64,000 nucleotides of DNA from positions 864,001 through 928,000 of the forward strand of contig CAWDEM010000008.1 of assembly GCA_963801355.1 (NCBI GenBank), given 5' to 3'. Origin of the DNA: Ignavibacteriota bacterium (GTDB lineage Bacteria; Bacteroidota; Ignavibacteria; UBA10030; UBA6906). Below are positions 7,947 through 17,899 of the stretch, one piece after another. Position numbers and translations under genes: made by a program. The notes below the pieces were generated by a model. That model was not told the origin of the DNA and made no database searches. It saw only the letters and a program-made list of their open reading frames with translations. Every line of letters begins with the position of its first letter. The stretch's first letter is position 1.

Positions 7947-8887
7947 GTAGCGCTCCTTCCCCGGAACATCATCGTAAAGACCCGGGCATAGCCCCTGATC
8001 GCCGACCGGGAACGGGCCCGCCGATTATCCCCAGGGAGCAGGGCGAGGATTCCCCACGCGAGCAGGCGCACAGCACTCCGTTTCAGAACAATCCCCCGGA
8101 GCACGAACCCCTCCCATGGAGCATGGTGCTTCTCGAAAAAGAGGAGCAGGCCTCGGTGATACTCCACAAGCCGTCGTTCATCGTAATGCCCGAACGCGCT
8201 TCCTCCAAAGTGAAAGACCTTCGCCCCCGGCACGTACCATACTTCTCCGCCGGAGTCCTTTATTCGTTTGCACCAGTCGGTTTCTTCAAAATACATGAAA
8301 AATGCCTCATCCAGCGCCCCCACCTTTTCAACGGTCTCACGCCTTACGAGTAGGCACGACCCCTGGACGTAGTCTACCTTACGTGGCACTTCAGGGTCGG
8401 TGTAGAGTTCGCGATGCGCGCCGAAAAGGCGCGAACGCGGGAAGAGACGGTCAAGGAAGAGCGCTTCGACAAAGAGATTCCAGAGTGACGGAAACTTGAC
8501 GCCTGTCCTCTGAGGAGTTCCATCGCCGTTCAGCAGTGCCGGTCCGCACGCTGAGACCTCCGGGTGGAGATCCATGAATTCAATGAGGCGGTCGCACGCA
8601 CCACTCTTGAGAATCGTGTCAGGGTTCAGGAGGAGGAAATAGCGTCCGTGCGAAAGCGCAAGCCCCTGATTATTGGCAGCCGCGAATCCACGGTTCACGG
8701 CATTCCTGTGGGTGATGCAGTCCGGAATCAGCGCACGCACATACGCCAGAGTGCCGTCAGAGGAGTCATTGTCCACAACAACGATTTCATGCTGGTGCCC
8801 TGCCGTCGCGGCAGCAATGCCAGGGAGACACCGTTTCAGATCTTTCCGGGAATTCCAGCTCACCATGATGATCGACAGGTCAGTCAT
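7943..8887 (-). CDS. Glycosyltransferase family 2 (WbbL/rhamnosyltransferase-like)
   Basis: VVDNDSSDG, NRGFAAANN, LLLNPDT, FFMYFEETDWC. Confidence 0.9.
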   Translation of the reverse strand: MTDLSIIMVSWNSRKDLKRCLPGIAAATAGHQHEIVVVDNDSSDGTLAYVRALIPDCITHRNAVNRGFAAANNQGLALSHGRYFLLLNPDTILKSGACDRLIEFMDLHPEVSACGPALLNGDGTPQRTGVKFPSLWNLFVEALFLDRLFPRSRLFGAHRELYTDPEVPRKVDYVQGSCLLVRRETVEKVGALDEAFFMYFEETDWCKRIKDSGGEVWYVPGAKVFHFGGSAFGHYDERRLVEYHRGLLLFFEKHHAPWEGFVLRGIVLKRSAVRLLAWGILALLPGDNRRARSRSAIRGYARVFTMMFRGRSAT

Positions 8888-9905
8888 AGAATGGCAGCCT
8901 TACGATGCGAGCATAGGCACGCGCGGTGGCATTGAGGAAGCGTGAAACAGGCCCTCTCCCCTGCACGACGGCAGGACTCATCAATGTGAGAATTTCCGAG
9001 TCAGGCACACAGCGTGTCTTCTGCCAGATGCGGCGCTGTGCAAGAATCCAGCCCGGGTGGCACAAACACCAGAGATACGCTTGCAGGATTCCCCGGGTCG
9101 ATTTCCGTCCGCCGGCGAAGCTCAAGGCGATCTTTGCCCCTGCATCGGCCAACGCCAGGGGCGACAGTTTCACAAGTGTAACCGGCGAATACAGGATGAG
9201 GCCATTCAGCGTCCTGTTGCGTTCCTGATAGAACGTCATCAGGCGGCCCGGTTGCTTCCTGGTCGACGCGCTTCCCCGGTGCCGCACGACCGATTTCTGG
9301 GCCATACGCACGTCATACCCGGCAAGGCGCATGCGCCAGGACAGGAACAGATCTTCATGGTAGAGAAAATACTCCGGCGGAAAAGGATCTCCGACAACGG
9401 ACTTGCGAAACATCACAGACGCGCCGCCGGCAAAGAACACACGGGAGAGGTCTGTAAAGACCCTCATGATGTTATACCCGAGGAAATTCACTGATCCGTT
9501 CACATCGTAGAATTCCGCAGGTACGCCGTCGGTCACTACGCGAGAAGCGACCACCCCGACTCCCGGTCTTTTCAGCTGTTCCAGGAGGCCGGGGATCCAG
9601 TCCGCCCCCACTTCAGTATCGTTGTTCAGGAGCAGAATAATGTCACCAGTTGCCGCACGCACCCCGACGTTGTTGCCTCCGGCAAAGCCCAGGTTTCCCT
9701 CCTGCGGCAGATATCGCACTCCGGGAAACTCCTTCTCCACCAGGGTCCTGCTTGCCCCTGTCGAGCCATTGTCCACAAGAATGACTTCCACCGGCCTGTA
9801 CGGCTGGGCAAATACGCTGTGCAGGCAGGGTCTCAGGAGGTCCACCCCGTCATAATCGACGATCACCACGCTGACCAGCTGTGGATCGGCAGGCGTCATG
9901 GTCAT
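8880..9905 (-). CDS. Glycosyltransferase family 2
   Basis: LVDNGS, NLGFAGGNN, LLLNNDT, FLYHEDL. Confidence 0.9.
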   Translation of the reverse strand: MTMTPADPQLVSVVIVDYDGVDLLRPCLHSVFAQPYRPVEVILVDNGSTGASRTLVEKEFPGVRYLPQEGNLGFAGGNNVGVRAATGDIILLLNNDTEVGADWIPGLLEQLKRPGVGVVASRVVTDGVPAEFYDVNGSVNFLGYNIMRVFTDLSRVFFAGGASVMFRKSVVGDPFPPEYFLYHEDLFLSWRMRLAGYDVRMAQKSVVRHRGSASTRKQPGRLMTFYQERNRTLNGLILYSPVTLVKLSPLALADAGAKIALSFAGGRKSTRGILQAYLWCLCHPGWILAQRRIWQKTRCVPDSEILTLMSPAVVQGRGPVSRFLNATARAYARIVRLPFYD

Positions 9906-10645
9906 ACCGGTTTTCGCAAGGCAACCACAACTTCACCATCACCCATCTGAATGCATTCGATATCGTATCGCAGTTTCAATACGCGGGGTGCGCGGCGCAA
10001 CAGATCGATCAGATCATCCATCGTCCAGACGTGGTAATGAATGCTGTAGGCCTGTGCAATGAGTTCATCCGCGCGCTTGGTTATACCCGCGGGATCTGCG
10101 ACATGCTCGACATGTTCCACCCAATCCTTGAAGTGCTCCGCCCGGTGCCAGGCGGGACCTTCGCGAAAGTCCTTTTCGATATGTTCGAACGGGGTCACAC
10201 TTCGCGGCGCGTCAAACGTGTACCGCTTGTCGGGGACACACATGAACAGCACTCCTCCGGGCCGCAGAACGCGCAGCAGCTCCCCGATCGTTCGGAGGGG
10301 ATTCTCGCAATGTTCTAGAAAATGATTTGCCACAACGAAGTCTTGCGAGCCGTCAGCAATCATCAACAGCCGCTCGCCGTCGTCGATGATATCCACCGGA
10401 ACGAGGTCGCGGCGGGCGAGCTCCGGATACTGACGCCGCAGATCCTCGCGCGACATCCGGTCCACGTACCGTGCATGCGCCGCCCGGGGAAGTTTCAAGG
10501 GATTATGGAGCGCCCCGATTTCGATCCCCTCGCCTTTCAAGTAGTGCGCCGCAATCGCTTCCCGGTCAAGTTGCCGGAACATCCGGACAAATTTCCGTGC
10601 ATCGATAATCGTGGATTTCAAAAGCCGGCGAGGATCCATACGCAT
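9902..10645 (-). CDS. Class I SAM-dependent methyltransferase
   Basis: GIEIGA motif I, DFVVANHFLEH, RVLRPGG. Confidence 0.85.
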   Translation of the reverse strand: MRMDPRRLLKSTIIDARKFVRMFRQLDREAIAAHYLKGEGIEIGALHNPLKLPRAAHARYVDRMSREDLRRQYPELARRDLVPVDIIDDGERLLMIADGSQDFVVANHFLEHCENPLRTIGELLRVLRPGGVLFMCVPDKRYTFDAPRSVTPFEHIEKDFREGPAWHRAEHFKDWVEHVEHVADPAGITKRADELIAQAYSIHYHVWTMDDLIDLLRRAPRVLKLRYDIECIQMGDGEVVVALRKPV

Positions 10646-10646
10646 G

Positions 10647-11717
10647 CTATCCTGGGATTTTCTGACCTGGCATCTCCTGACTTGGGCTCTCCTGACCTGG
10701 TATCTCCTGACTTGGGCCCTCCTGACCTGGCATCTCTTGACTTGGGCTCTCCTGACTCGGGATTCCCGCGTCCCGTGCGGGCCGCCAGAACGGGAGGGCC
10801 CACCAGAGCGTCTTCCAGGAAAACACCATCATGTGCCGGGAAAATTCCGACGCGCGGAACGGCGCAACGACTGTCCAGCCGATCGACCGCAGAATGAAAC
10901 CTGCGATCGTACACAGGCGGTACAACACCACGGCGGCACGCCCGTGGTGCTTTTGATAGAAGAGAAGCACATTCTCATGCAGGACGCCGAAGAGCGCGAA
11001 CCGCCTGTTCACTTTCCCCACGGTGCTGCCAAGGTGGTGGACAACACGGGCTTCGGGCACGTACCAGATGGTCCACCCTGCTGCGTGCATCCGGTAGCAC
11101 CAATCCATATCGTTGTAATATATCGCAAACCGCTCATCCAGCAACCCCACATCTTCGAGCACTTTCCTGCGCACCAGAAACGCGGCAGCCATCAGGTGGT
11201 CAACCTGGCCAGCCCTGGTGTAGTCGAAGTAGCGCATCTCCCCCTTTCCAAACAGGCGCGAATTCGGGAAGAGGCGGTCCAGATAGAGCATATCACAGAA
11301 GTGCGTGAAGGGAGTCGGAAATCCTTTTGCCGAATGCTGCGTCCGTCCGTCGGGGTACACGAGCATCGGCCCACACGCGCCCACATTCGGATGGCCCTGC
11401 ATAAAACGAACCAGCGACTCGAATGCCCCTTCGCCTACTACCGTATCGGAATTCAGCAGGAGCACGTATCGTCCTTCCGACATCCTCAAGCCGAGATTAT
11501 TCGGACGCGCAAATCCCTCGTTCGTGGCATTTCTGTGAAGCTTGACAGACGCAAATTCAGACTGCACCATATCAGCGCTGCCGTCTGTCGAGCCGTTATC
11601 GACGACGATGACCTCGAGCGACAATGCTCCGGCGGTCCGGAACACTGACTCGAGGCAGACGCGAAGCAGCGTCTTCGTATTCAAATTGACGATGATGACG
11701 GAAACATCCGGCGGCAC
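10647..11717 (-). CDS. Glycosyltransferase family 2 with C-terminal pentapeptide repeat tail
   Basis: GTG 11717 follows the upstream stop; VVDNGSTDG, NEGFARPNN, LLLNSDT, FAIYYNDMDWC. Confidence 0.88.
   Translation of the reverse strand: MPPDVSVIIVNLNTKTLLRVCLESVFRTAGALSLEVIVVDNGSTDGSADMVQSEFASVKLHRNATNEGFARPNNLGLRMSEGRYVLLLNSDTVVGEGAFESLVRFMQGHPNVGACGPMLVYPDGRTQHSAKGFPTPFTHFCDMLYLDRLFPNSRLFGKGEMRYFDYTRAGQVDHLMAAAFLVRRKVLEDVGLLDERFAIYYNDMDWCYRMHAAGWTIWYVPEARVVHHLGSTVGKVNRRFALFGVLHENVLLFYQKHHGRAAVVLYRLCTIAGFILRSIGWTVVAPFRASEFSRHMMVFSWKTLWWALPFWRPARDAGIPSQESPSQEMPGQEGPSQEIPGQESPSQEMPGQKIPG
10655..10765 (-). repeat. 15-nt tandem repeat (about 7 units, alternating) encoding P[SG]QE[SMGI]
   Basis: cctgacctggcatct / cctgacttgggctct / cctgacctggtatct / cctgacttgggccct / cctgacctggcatct / cttgacttgggctct. 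Confidence 0.95.
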
Positions 11718-11718
11718 G

Positions 11719-12657
11719 TTAGTATCCGAACAGGCTGAGTATGTATTCTGTGGATTCACTGCGAAGACGGAGGACATCTCTTCGCTTGTGAAGCATGCGC
11801 GGCAGAAGAAGCAGACCCTGGAAAACTCCTTTGGCGGCAGCTCCGCCGCTCCCGGCCGCACATTCCCGCCAGAGACGCCGGGCCCGGCCGCCAAGGAACG
11901 CAGGTCCCTTCTTCAGCAGCACTGCAGCGGGCAAATTCTTCAGATGCAGCGCGGTGAGATTCCGCTCCTGCATGCGTACCGGAAAGTCCTGCATCCGTTT
12001 GGCAGTTGCGCCCCGCTTGTGGTAGCAGACTGACGTCGGCACATACACGCAGCGGTAGCCCGCAATTTGCGCGCGCAAAGAGAGGTCGGCGTCTTCATAG
12101 TACGAAACAAAGTCCTCATCGAACAACCCGATGCGTGTCAGCATCTCGCGTCTATACAATGCCGCGCCGGCACAGGTGCCCGGCACATAACGGCGTTGGT
12201 TGAAGGATGTCCCATCGGCTTCTCCGGCGCCCAGCGTGACCGGTGAGCCCCCGCGTGTGAAAGCGTCGCCTGCGGCATCGATGCGAGTGCGTTCGCCGAA
12301 ACGGAGCATTTTGCACGCCGCCATCCCCGCAGCGGGGTCAGTGCCCAGAGCAATAAGCATTTCTTCCAGCCAGCGGGGATCGAGTTCGGTGTCGTTGTTC
12401 AGGAGAGCAACGTACTCTTCCTGAGCTACCCTGATGCCGCGATTCACTGCGGCCGCAAATCCCTGATTCGAGGGGAGCGAAATGCACTCTACCCAGGGAA
12501 ACTTGCCGACAACGTATTCAACTGATCCGTCGGAGGAACCGTTATCCACCAGTATCGTCCGCGCCGGCCGGATCGACTGAGAGGCGACGGACCCCAGGCA
12601 CAGATCGAGGTGCTGCTGTCCGTTCCAATTTGGTATGATCAGTGCGGCCGGGCCCAT
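11719..12657 (-). CDS. Glycosyltransferase family 2
   Basis: IIPNWNG, LVDNGSSDG, NQGFAAAVN, LLNNDT, YYEDADL. Confidence 0.9.
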   Translation of the reverse strand: MGPAALIIPNWNGQQHLDLCLGSVASQSIRPARTILVDNGSSDGSVEYVVGKFPWVECISLPSNQGFAAAVNRGIRVAQEEYVALLNNDTELDPRWLEEMLIALGTDPAAGMAACKMLRFGERTRIDAAGDAFTRGGSPVTLGAGEADGTSFNQRRYVPGTCAGAALYRREMLTRIGLFDEDFVSYYEDADLSLRAQIAGYRCVYVPTSVCYHKRGATAKRMQDFPVRMQERNLTALHLKNLPAAVLLKKGPAFLGGRARRLWRECAAGSGGAAAKGVFQGLLLLPRMLHKRRDVLRLRSESTEYILSLFGY

Positions 12658-12663
12658 GCGGCG

Positions 12664-13458
12664 CTATCTCCAGGAACCGGGGCTCGGGTGCACGATATTC
12701 CAGATCTTCCGCAGGAATTGCATCGACCGCGACGAGTAGACCTCACGGTAGTGCAGCATCGACATCAGGCCGTACAGGTATGCCTCGCCGTTGTTGAGCA
12801 ACAATTCTTGAATCGCAGTGCACCGGTGAATAGCTGCATCACCGAATTCTATCACGAACACGGTAGACGGCAGCACATAGGAACGGATTGTTGCCCCTCC
12901 GGCATGCAAGTCATGCACAATCGTGTTCAATGCAGGAAAGACGATGTTCCCATCGTGGAAGACCATCACCCCGTCTTTCCGGAGAGCCTTGCGGCAGAAC
13001 GCATAGTCCGAGAGGGCGGCACGTTCGGTGTGTTCTCCGTCAATCAGGCAGAGGTCCGGCGCGAAGGGCAGGGATGCCGGATTCACTGCAGACGCATCGG
13101 CATCGATTGTAGTGATTTTGGAGACTGTATCGCCCGCGACGTTGCGGAGGAGTGCAAGCATGTGCTCTGTCGAGTTGTCTGGATAGGGCACGGCATCGAC
13201 GCGGTCATCCGCCACGGCATCCGGGCGCGCATCGATGGACACGATTCCGGCACACAGGGGATCCTGCAGGTGGGTTTGCAGGCTCCCCCCAAGATGCGAA
13301 CCGATTTCCAGATAGGTGTAGGACGGACGGAGATTTCGCATCCCCCACTGGATAGCCAGCAGGGAGCGTTTGTCGGCATCCGTGAGCTGAGCATCGATCG
13401 GCGAGAATATCGCGATATCCTGATTTCGCAGTGCGGTTTCGAGCTCTTCAGTGGTCAT
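12664..13458 (-). CDS. SAM-dependent methyltransferase (Methyltransf_24-like)
   Basis: YLEIGSHLGGS, DLCLIDGEH, GVMVFHD; start MTTEEL at 13458. Confidence 0.85.
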   Translation of the reverse strand: MTTEELETALRNQDIAIFSPIDAQLTDADKRSLLAIQWGMRNLRPSYTYLEIGSHLGGSLQTHLQDPLCAGIVSIDARPDAVADDRVDAVPYPDNSTEHMLALLRNVAGDTVSKITTIDADASAVNPASLPFAPDLCLIDGEHTERAALSDYAFCRKALRKDGVMVFHDGNIVFPALNTIVHDLHAGGATIRSYVLPSTVFVIEFGDAAIHRCTAIQELLLNNGEAYLYGLMSMLHYREVYSSRSMQFLRKIWNIVHPSPGSWR

Positions 13459-15016
13459 GTGTCGAGCGTGTTTTGTGGGGGAACACATTGCGCAAGAAGC
13501 CCAGATCGTCGGCAGAAACGGCCCCGGTGAGCCAGATGGTGGCGGCGTAGGCCAACACAAACAGCAAGGATGCCGTGGCAAGCACAATGATACCCACGAG
13601 ACGGGAATCACCGGATGGGAGCCCGTCCCCCAGGGTCACGACAAGCACTCCGGCAAGGATGGCCGGTATGAGTGCAGCCAGAGGCCGGAGGAGTGTTACG
13701 CCGAGAAACTTGAACGGTGACACCATGACGCGCCGTGCATAGGCACGGAAGAACAGCACTCCGCCGATGATCATGGAGATTGTTGTGCCGGCGACTGCGC
13801 CCAGGAAGCCGTAGGCCTTGACGAGTGCCGTCGAGAGCATGATATTGATGATGGCCTGGACGAGCGTCGTTTGCATCTGGAACTGGGGTTCTCCTTTTCC
13901 GAGCGACACTAGTGAAAGCGCGCTCATCACCACAGAGACGAATGCGCCAATGGAGAGTCCTTGCATGGTGTAGGCGGCGTAGTCATTTCCCGGCCCGATC
14001 CAGAGGAGCATTGCGCGCCGGGCAAACAGAATACAGAGACAAAAGAGCGGCAGTGCCATCACCACCAGATAGCGGGTAGAGCGCACCACGGCGGCCTGGA
14101 TGCGGGCGTCATTGTCATTCGCATCGAGTGCGGACACGGCTGGAATGAGCGAAGATATAGCCGTGACGGGCAAGGTACGCAGGCGGTTGAGCGGGCGGGA
14201 GCCGTAGTCGTACATTGCCGTCGCCGAGAGTCCGATGTACTTCGTCAGCAGCAGCTTGTCATAGCTCATCTGCACGATATCGGCAATGCGGCTGACCTGG
14301 AGGCGCAAGCCGAATTTGAGCAGCGTTTGCATCAACGGCTTGTCAAACCCGTCCCATGTCAACGTCAAACCGGGCGCACATCCCCGTGCAAGAAAAAACA
14401 CCACGGGGATGCTCAGGGCTGTCGCGAGAAGATCCGCAATGAACATTCCGGTGACGCCGTAGCCCGCGGCGAGCGCGGCATAGGTGAAGGCGAACTTCGC
14501 AATGAGCAATCCGGCGAACTGCATGTTGAATGCATCCATCCTCTGCACGGCGGCGAGGACACTCCCGTAGACGCCCGCAACGCTCGTCACCGCAAACACC
14601 GCGACCGACAGGAAAAGCGCCGACCGGGCGGTACTCCAATCCGCATCCCCGATATTCAACACGCCAAACAACCAGGGGTAGGCTGCGAGGCTGATGACCA
14701 TCATGGCGCATGCCACCAGCATGTAGAACAGGAGGCCGTGTGAAACAACGCGATTGGCGCTCTTGAGATCACCCAGGGTCACATACCGTGCAATGTACGT
14801 GACAAACGAGGTGCTGAGGCCAAGGTCGGCGAGTCCGATGTAGCCCGTAATCGCCAGCACAGCGGTCCAGAGTCCGTATTGCTCTTTCCCGAGATAGCCT
14901 GTCGCCATCGGGACCAGCACGATCATGTACAGCGCCGACACGAGGAAGCCCGCGATATTGAACAGGCCGCTCCGCACGACGGCACGTGAGGATGAAAGCT
15001 GATCGGAGGAGATCAT
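13448..15016 (-). CDS. Wzx-like (MOP superfamily) oligosaccharide flippase
   Basis: Many TM segments; YLGKEQYGLW, LADLGL, DKLLLTKYIG; ATGA-coupled start at 15016. Confidence 0.88.
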   Translation of the reverse strand: MISSDQLSSSRAVVRSGLFNIAGFLVSALYMIVLVPMATGYLGKEQYGLWTAVLAITGYIGLADLGLSTSFVTYIARYVTLGDLKSANRVVSHGLLFYMLVACAMMVISLAAYPWLFGVLNIGDADWSTARSALFLSVAVFAVTSVAGVYGSVLAAVQRMDAFNMQFAGLLIAKFAFTYAALAAGYGVTGMFIADLLATALSIPVVFFLARGCAPGLTLTWDGFDKPLMQTLLKFGLRLQVSRIADIVQMSYDKLLLTKYIGLSATAMYDYGSRPLNRLRTLPVTAISSLIPAVSALDANDNDARIQAAVVRSTRYLVVMALPLFCLCILFARRAMLLWIGPGNDYAAYTMQGLSIGAFVSVVMSALSLVSLGKGEPQFQMQTTLVQAIINIMLSTALVKAYGFLGAVAGTTISMIIGGVLFFRAYARRVMVSPFKFLGVTLLRPLAALIPAILAGVLVVTLGDGLPSGDSRLVGIIVLATASLLFVLAYAATIWLTGAVSADDLGFLRNVFPHKTRSTHDH

Positions 15017-15684
15017 TGGTCCACCTCCGCCACAGCGTAGAGCCGGAAGTAGAATGCCGGGGGGATGATGTACAGGCGGCCGAGGACTCTTCCCACGAAG
15101 CGGACCGGAGCGCCCGGAAAGAGTGCCAGGGGATTCAGGCCGTCCCCCTTCCACACGCGAACGCGGGGGAATATGGGGGCAAGCAGTTCCTCCAGCGTGG
15201 ACCGGGTAAAGAAGTTCCGGTGATCCAGGTCGGCGAAGTGCTCGTAGAGCAGGTTCGCTTGTTGCAGGGGCACGATGTCGCCGCTGTGCGGAGTGGTGAT
15301 CAACACATTCTTCCGGGCGATACGCCGGGCTTCGCGGAGAAGCGGCGCTGGATCTTCCGCGTGTTCGAGCACTTCGAAAAGCAGCACGGTGTCCACGCTT
15401 GCATCGTCGAAAGGCACGTAGTCAACTACCAGCCGGGCGTCGACCCCGCGATCGCGTGCAATCCGGACATACTCCGGGTGAATGTCTGCCCCGGCCATGG
15501 AGTACCCGAGTGCCGCCAGGTGCAGGCAGTAATTTCCGGTTGCGCAGCCGAGATCCAGAATGGACTTGCCGGCATACTTGCGCACGAAACGGATGTGAGG
15601 CCGGGAAACAGTATCGGGGGGGTATGCGGTATAGAGGTTCCGCGTGTCCCGGAAGACGCCGTCATGGATATCGCGGCCGATCAT
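15013..15684 (-). CDS. Class I SAM-dependent methyltransferase
   Basis: ILDLGCATG, PFDDASVDTVLLFEVLEH. Confidence 0.88.
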   Translation of the reverse strand: MIGRDIHDGVFRDTRNLYTAYPPDTVSRPHIRFVRKYAGKSILDLGCATGNYCLHLAALGYSMAGADIHPEYVRIARDRGVDARLVVDYVPFDDASVDTVLLFEVLEHAEDPAPLLREARRIARKNVLITTPHSGDIVPLQQANLLYEHFADLDHRNFFTRSTLEELLAPIFPRVRVWKGDGLNPLALFPGAPVRFVGRVLGRLYIIPPAFYFRLYAVAEVDQ

Positions 15685-16559
15685 CACTGACCGTCCTCCT
15701 CGGCCGGCCGGAACAGTCTGAGCGCAATAGCACTGCGTGTCAGCAGGAGAAGGCGCACGGCAAGCACCGGCGTGAGGATCCACTGCGCGATCGGGCCCCT
15801 GTGCGCACGAAAGTACTCGATGATGTTTCTGTACATTTCGAGACGGATGACCGGAGGAGCCGAACGGGTTGTCATGCTCCCGTAGTGAATGATCTCTGTG
15901 TCCGCAACGTAATATATTTTCCACCCCCGGGCGCGGATCCTCTCGCACAGATCCACGTCGTTATACAGGATGGAGTACCGTGTATTGAATCCGTCCAGCT
16001 CATCGAGCAGCCGCCGGCGGACCATCAGGCAGGTTGCCGCGGGCTGATCCACTGCCTGGGTCCTGTAAAAATCGAAACCCTTCATCGAATACCGCCGTGC
16101 AAGCCAGTGCAGAGAAAGGTAGGTTGCCAGGGCGTCACGCAGACGCGGGAAGCGGCGGCAGGACATTTGAGGGGTGCGATCGGGGTTCAGCAACCGGCAA
16201 CTCGCCGCCCCTGCGTCCGGGTGTGCATCAAGAAAACCAGCCAGCGTCTGCACCGTGCCCGCCTGCACTATCGTATCGCTCCCGAGAAAGAGGACGTTCC
16301 TACCGCGCGCGAGCGCGATCCCCTGATTATTGGCGCGCGCAAACCCGAGGTTCTCTATGTTGCGGATGAGCCGCACCCCGGGATACCTCTCTCCCACCAG
16401 TGCCGGACTGCCGTCAGTGGACCCGTTGTCGATCACCAGTGTCTCTATGTCCGGCGGGGGGGCATGGCGCACGATGGCATCGAGCGTTCCATCCAACAGT
16501 TCGCAGGTGTTCCAGTTTGTAATGATGATGGAAACGGCGGTTTCCGGAGGAGTGGTCAT
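15684..16559 (-). CDS. Glycosyltransferase family 2 (WbbL-like)
   Basis: VSIIITNWN, IDNGSTDG, NLGFARANN, YNDVDLC; ATGA overlap with the CNNM stop. Confidence 0.9.
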   Translation of the reverse strand: MTTPPETAVSIIITNWNTCELLDGTLDAIVRHAPPPDIETLVIDNGSTDGSPALVGERYPGVRLIRNIENLGFARANNQGIALARGRNVLFLGSDTIVQAGTVQTLAGFLDAHPDAGAASCRLLNPDRTPQMSCRRFPRLRDALATYLSLHWLARRYSMKGFDFYRTQAVDQPAATCLMVRRRLLDELDGFNTRYSILYNDVDLCERIRARGWKIYYVADTEIIHYGSMTTRSAPPVIRLEMYRNIIEYFRAHRGPIAQWILTPVLAVRLLLLTRSAIALRLFRPAEEDGQ

Positions 16560-17860
16560 TCCTGCGGCCGGGGCTTTACTTTGATGAGTCGAATCCGTCG
16601 TTGGCTCTTGCGGATGACGGTAAATTGCCACCGACCGATGACAAGTTCTTCGTTCAACTCCGGAATACGCCCTGCCTGCTTGCAGAGGTAGCCGTTCATC
16701 GTTTCATAGTCCACACTTTCAGGGAGCGAGGCCTTGAACCGTTCGTTGAAATCGCCGATGGACACGTGCGCGTCCACAAGGGTGCTCCCGTCGGCGGCCT
16801 GCACGAATTCGCGCAGCTCCTCGTCATACTCATCATGGATTTCGCCCACGATCTCTTCCAGGATATCCTCCATGGTAACGATCCCTTCGGTGCCGCCGAA
16901 TTCGTCGGTCACAACCGCCATGTGGAGTTTCCGTTGCTGCAGTTCCTGCATCAAGACGCTGATCTTCATCGAGTCGGGCACGAAGTACGCGGGACGGAGG
17001 ATATCGTGCAGGATAATCGTGTTCCCGTACTCGAGCAGGCTGAGGAGGTCCTTCGTGAAGATGATGCCGATAATATGGTCAATGGTATCGCGGTACACCG
17101 GCACGCGGGAATACCCTTCTTCGAGAACCACCTTGACCAGTTTGTTGCGCGACATGGTCACATCCACAGCCATCACATCCGTCCGCGGCACCATGACTTC
17201 CTTCGCCGTCGTTTCGGTGAACTCGAAGATGCTCTTGATCAGCCGTTGTTCTGTGGTATCGATCACGCCCGACTTCGTGCCCTCGTCGAGCATCAACTTG
17301 AACTCTTCTTCGGACATGCGTGACTCAGTGAAGGTCGTACTGTCCTTGAACGGGCGCAGTACGAGGTTGCTGGCGAATGCCAGGAGCCGTGCGGGGTAGA
17401 GGAAGAGTGAGCGGAACACGGACATGGGGGAAGCCAGCTTGAGGGCAACCTGCTCCGCCGAGCGGAGTGCGAGGGATTTGGGCACCAGCTCGCCGAACAC
17501 CACCACGAGCCCGCCGATGGTCACCGCGGTAATTGCAAGTGCAACCCAGGCGCTCGCCCTGTGCAGCCATTCGATGGAGCTCCGCTCGAAGGCCGGTGAG
17601 AGCTGTTCCACGCCGATGATTCCCCCCAGACCCGATGCGACAATCAGCGTGAATATCACGCCGACGTGTACGGTGGCGAGAAAGTACTCGGGATCCTGCT
17701 GGAAGGAGAGGATGATGGCGGCCCGGCGGTCACCTGCGTCGGCAAGTTCCCGCATGCGGCTTTTGCGGCTTGAAAGGACCGCCACCTCGGCGGCGGAGAA
17801 GAAACCGACAAGGAGGATCATGAACAGCACACCGAGTATCTCGAGCCAGAAGGTCTCCAT
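16556..17860 (-). CDS. Hemolysin/CNNM-family protein (DUF21-CBS-CorC)
   Basis: GFFSAAEVA, VFGELVPK, EVMVPR, YSRVPVY, DEFGGTEGIVTMEDILEEIVGEI. Confidence 0.93.
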   Translation of the reverse strand: METFWLEILGVLFMILLVGFFSAAEVAVLSSRKSRMRELADAGDRRAAIILSFQQDPEYFLATVHVGVIFTLIVASGLGGIIGVEQLSPAFERSSIEWLHRASAWVALAITAVTIGGLVVVFGELVPKSLALRSAEQVALKLASPMSVFRSLFLYPARLLAFASNLVLRPFKDSTTFTESRMSEEEFKLMLDEGTKSGVIDTTEQRLIKSIFEFTETTAKEVMVPRTDVMAVDVTMSRNKLVKVVLEEGYSRVPVYRDTIDHIIGIIFTKDLLSLLEYGNTIILHDILRPAYFVPDSMKISVLMQELQQRKLHMAVVTDEFGGTEGIVTMEDILEEIVGEIHDEYDEELREFVQAADGSTLVDAHVSIGDFNERFKASLPESVDYETMNGYLCKQAGRIPELNEELVIGRWQFTVIRKSQRRIRLIKVKPRPQE

Positions 17861-17899
17861 AATGGATGTCGCTTGGCAACGCGACTGCCTTTCCCTCGC

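Noticed and set aside
10655-10765. Possible CRISPR or non-coding array
   Set aside because: It is an in-frame 15-nt coding minisatellite without spacers.
16556-17860. Hemolysin as a virulence toxin
   Set aside because: DUF21-CBS-CorC proteins are CNNM-type Mg2+/Co2+ homeostasis proteins; the name is historical.
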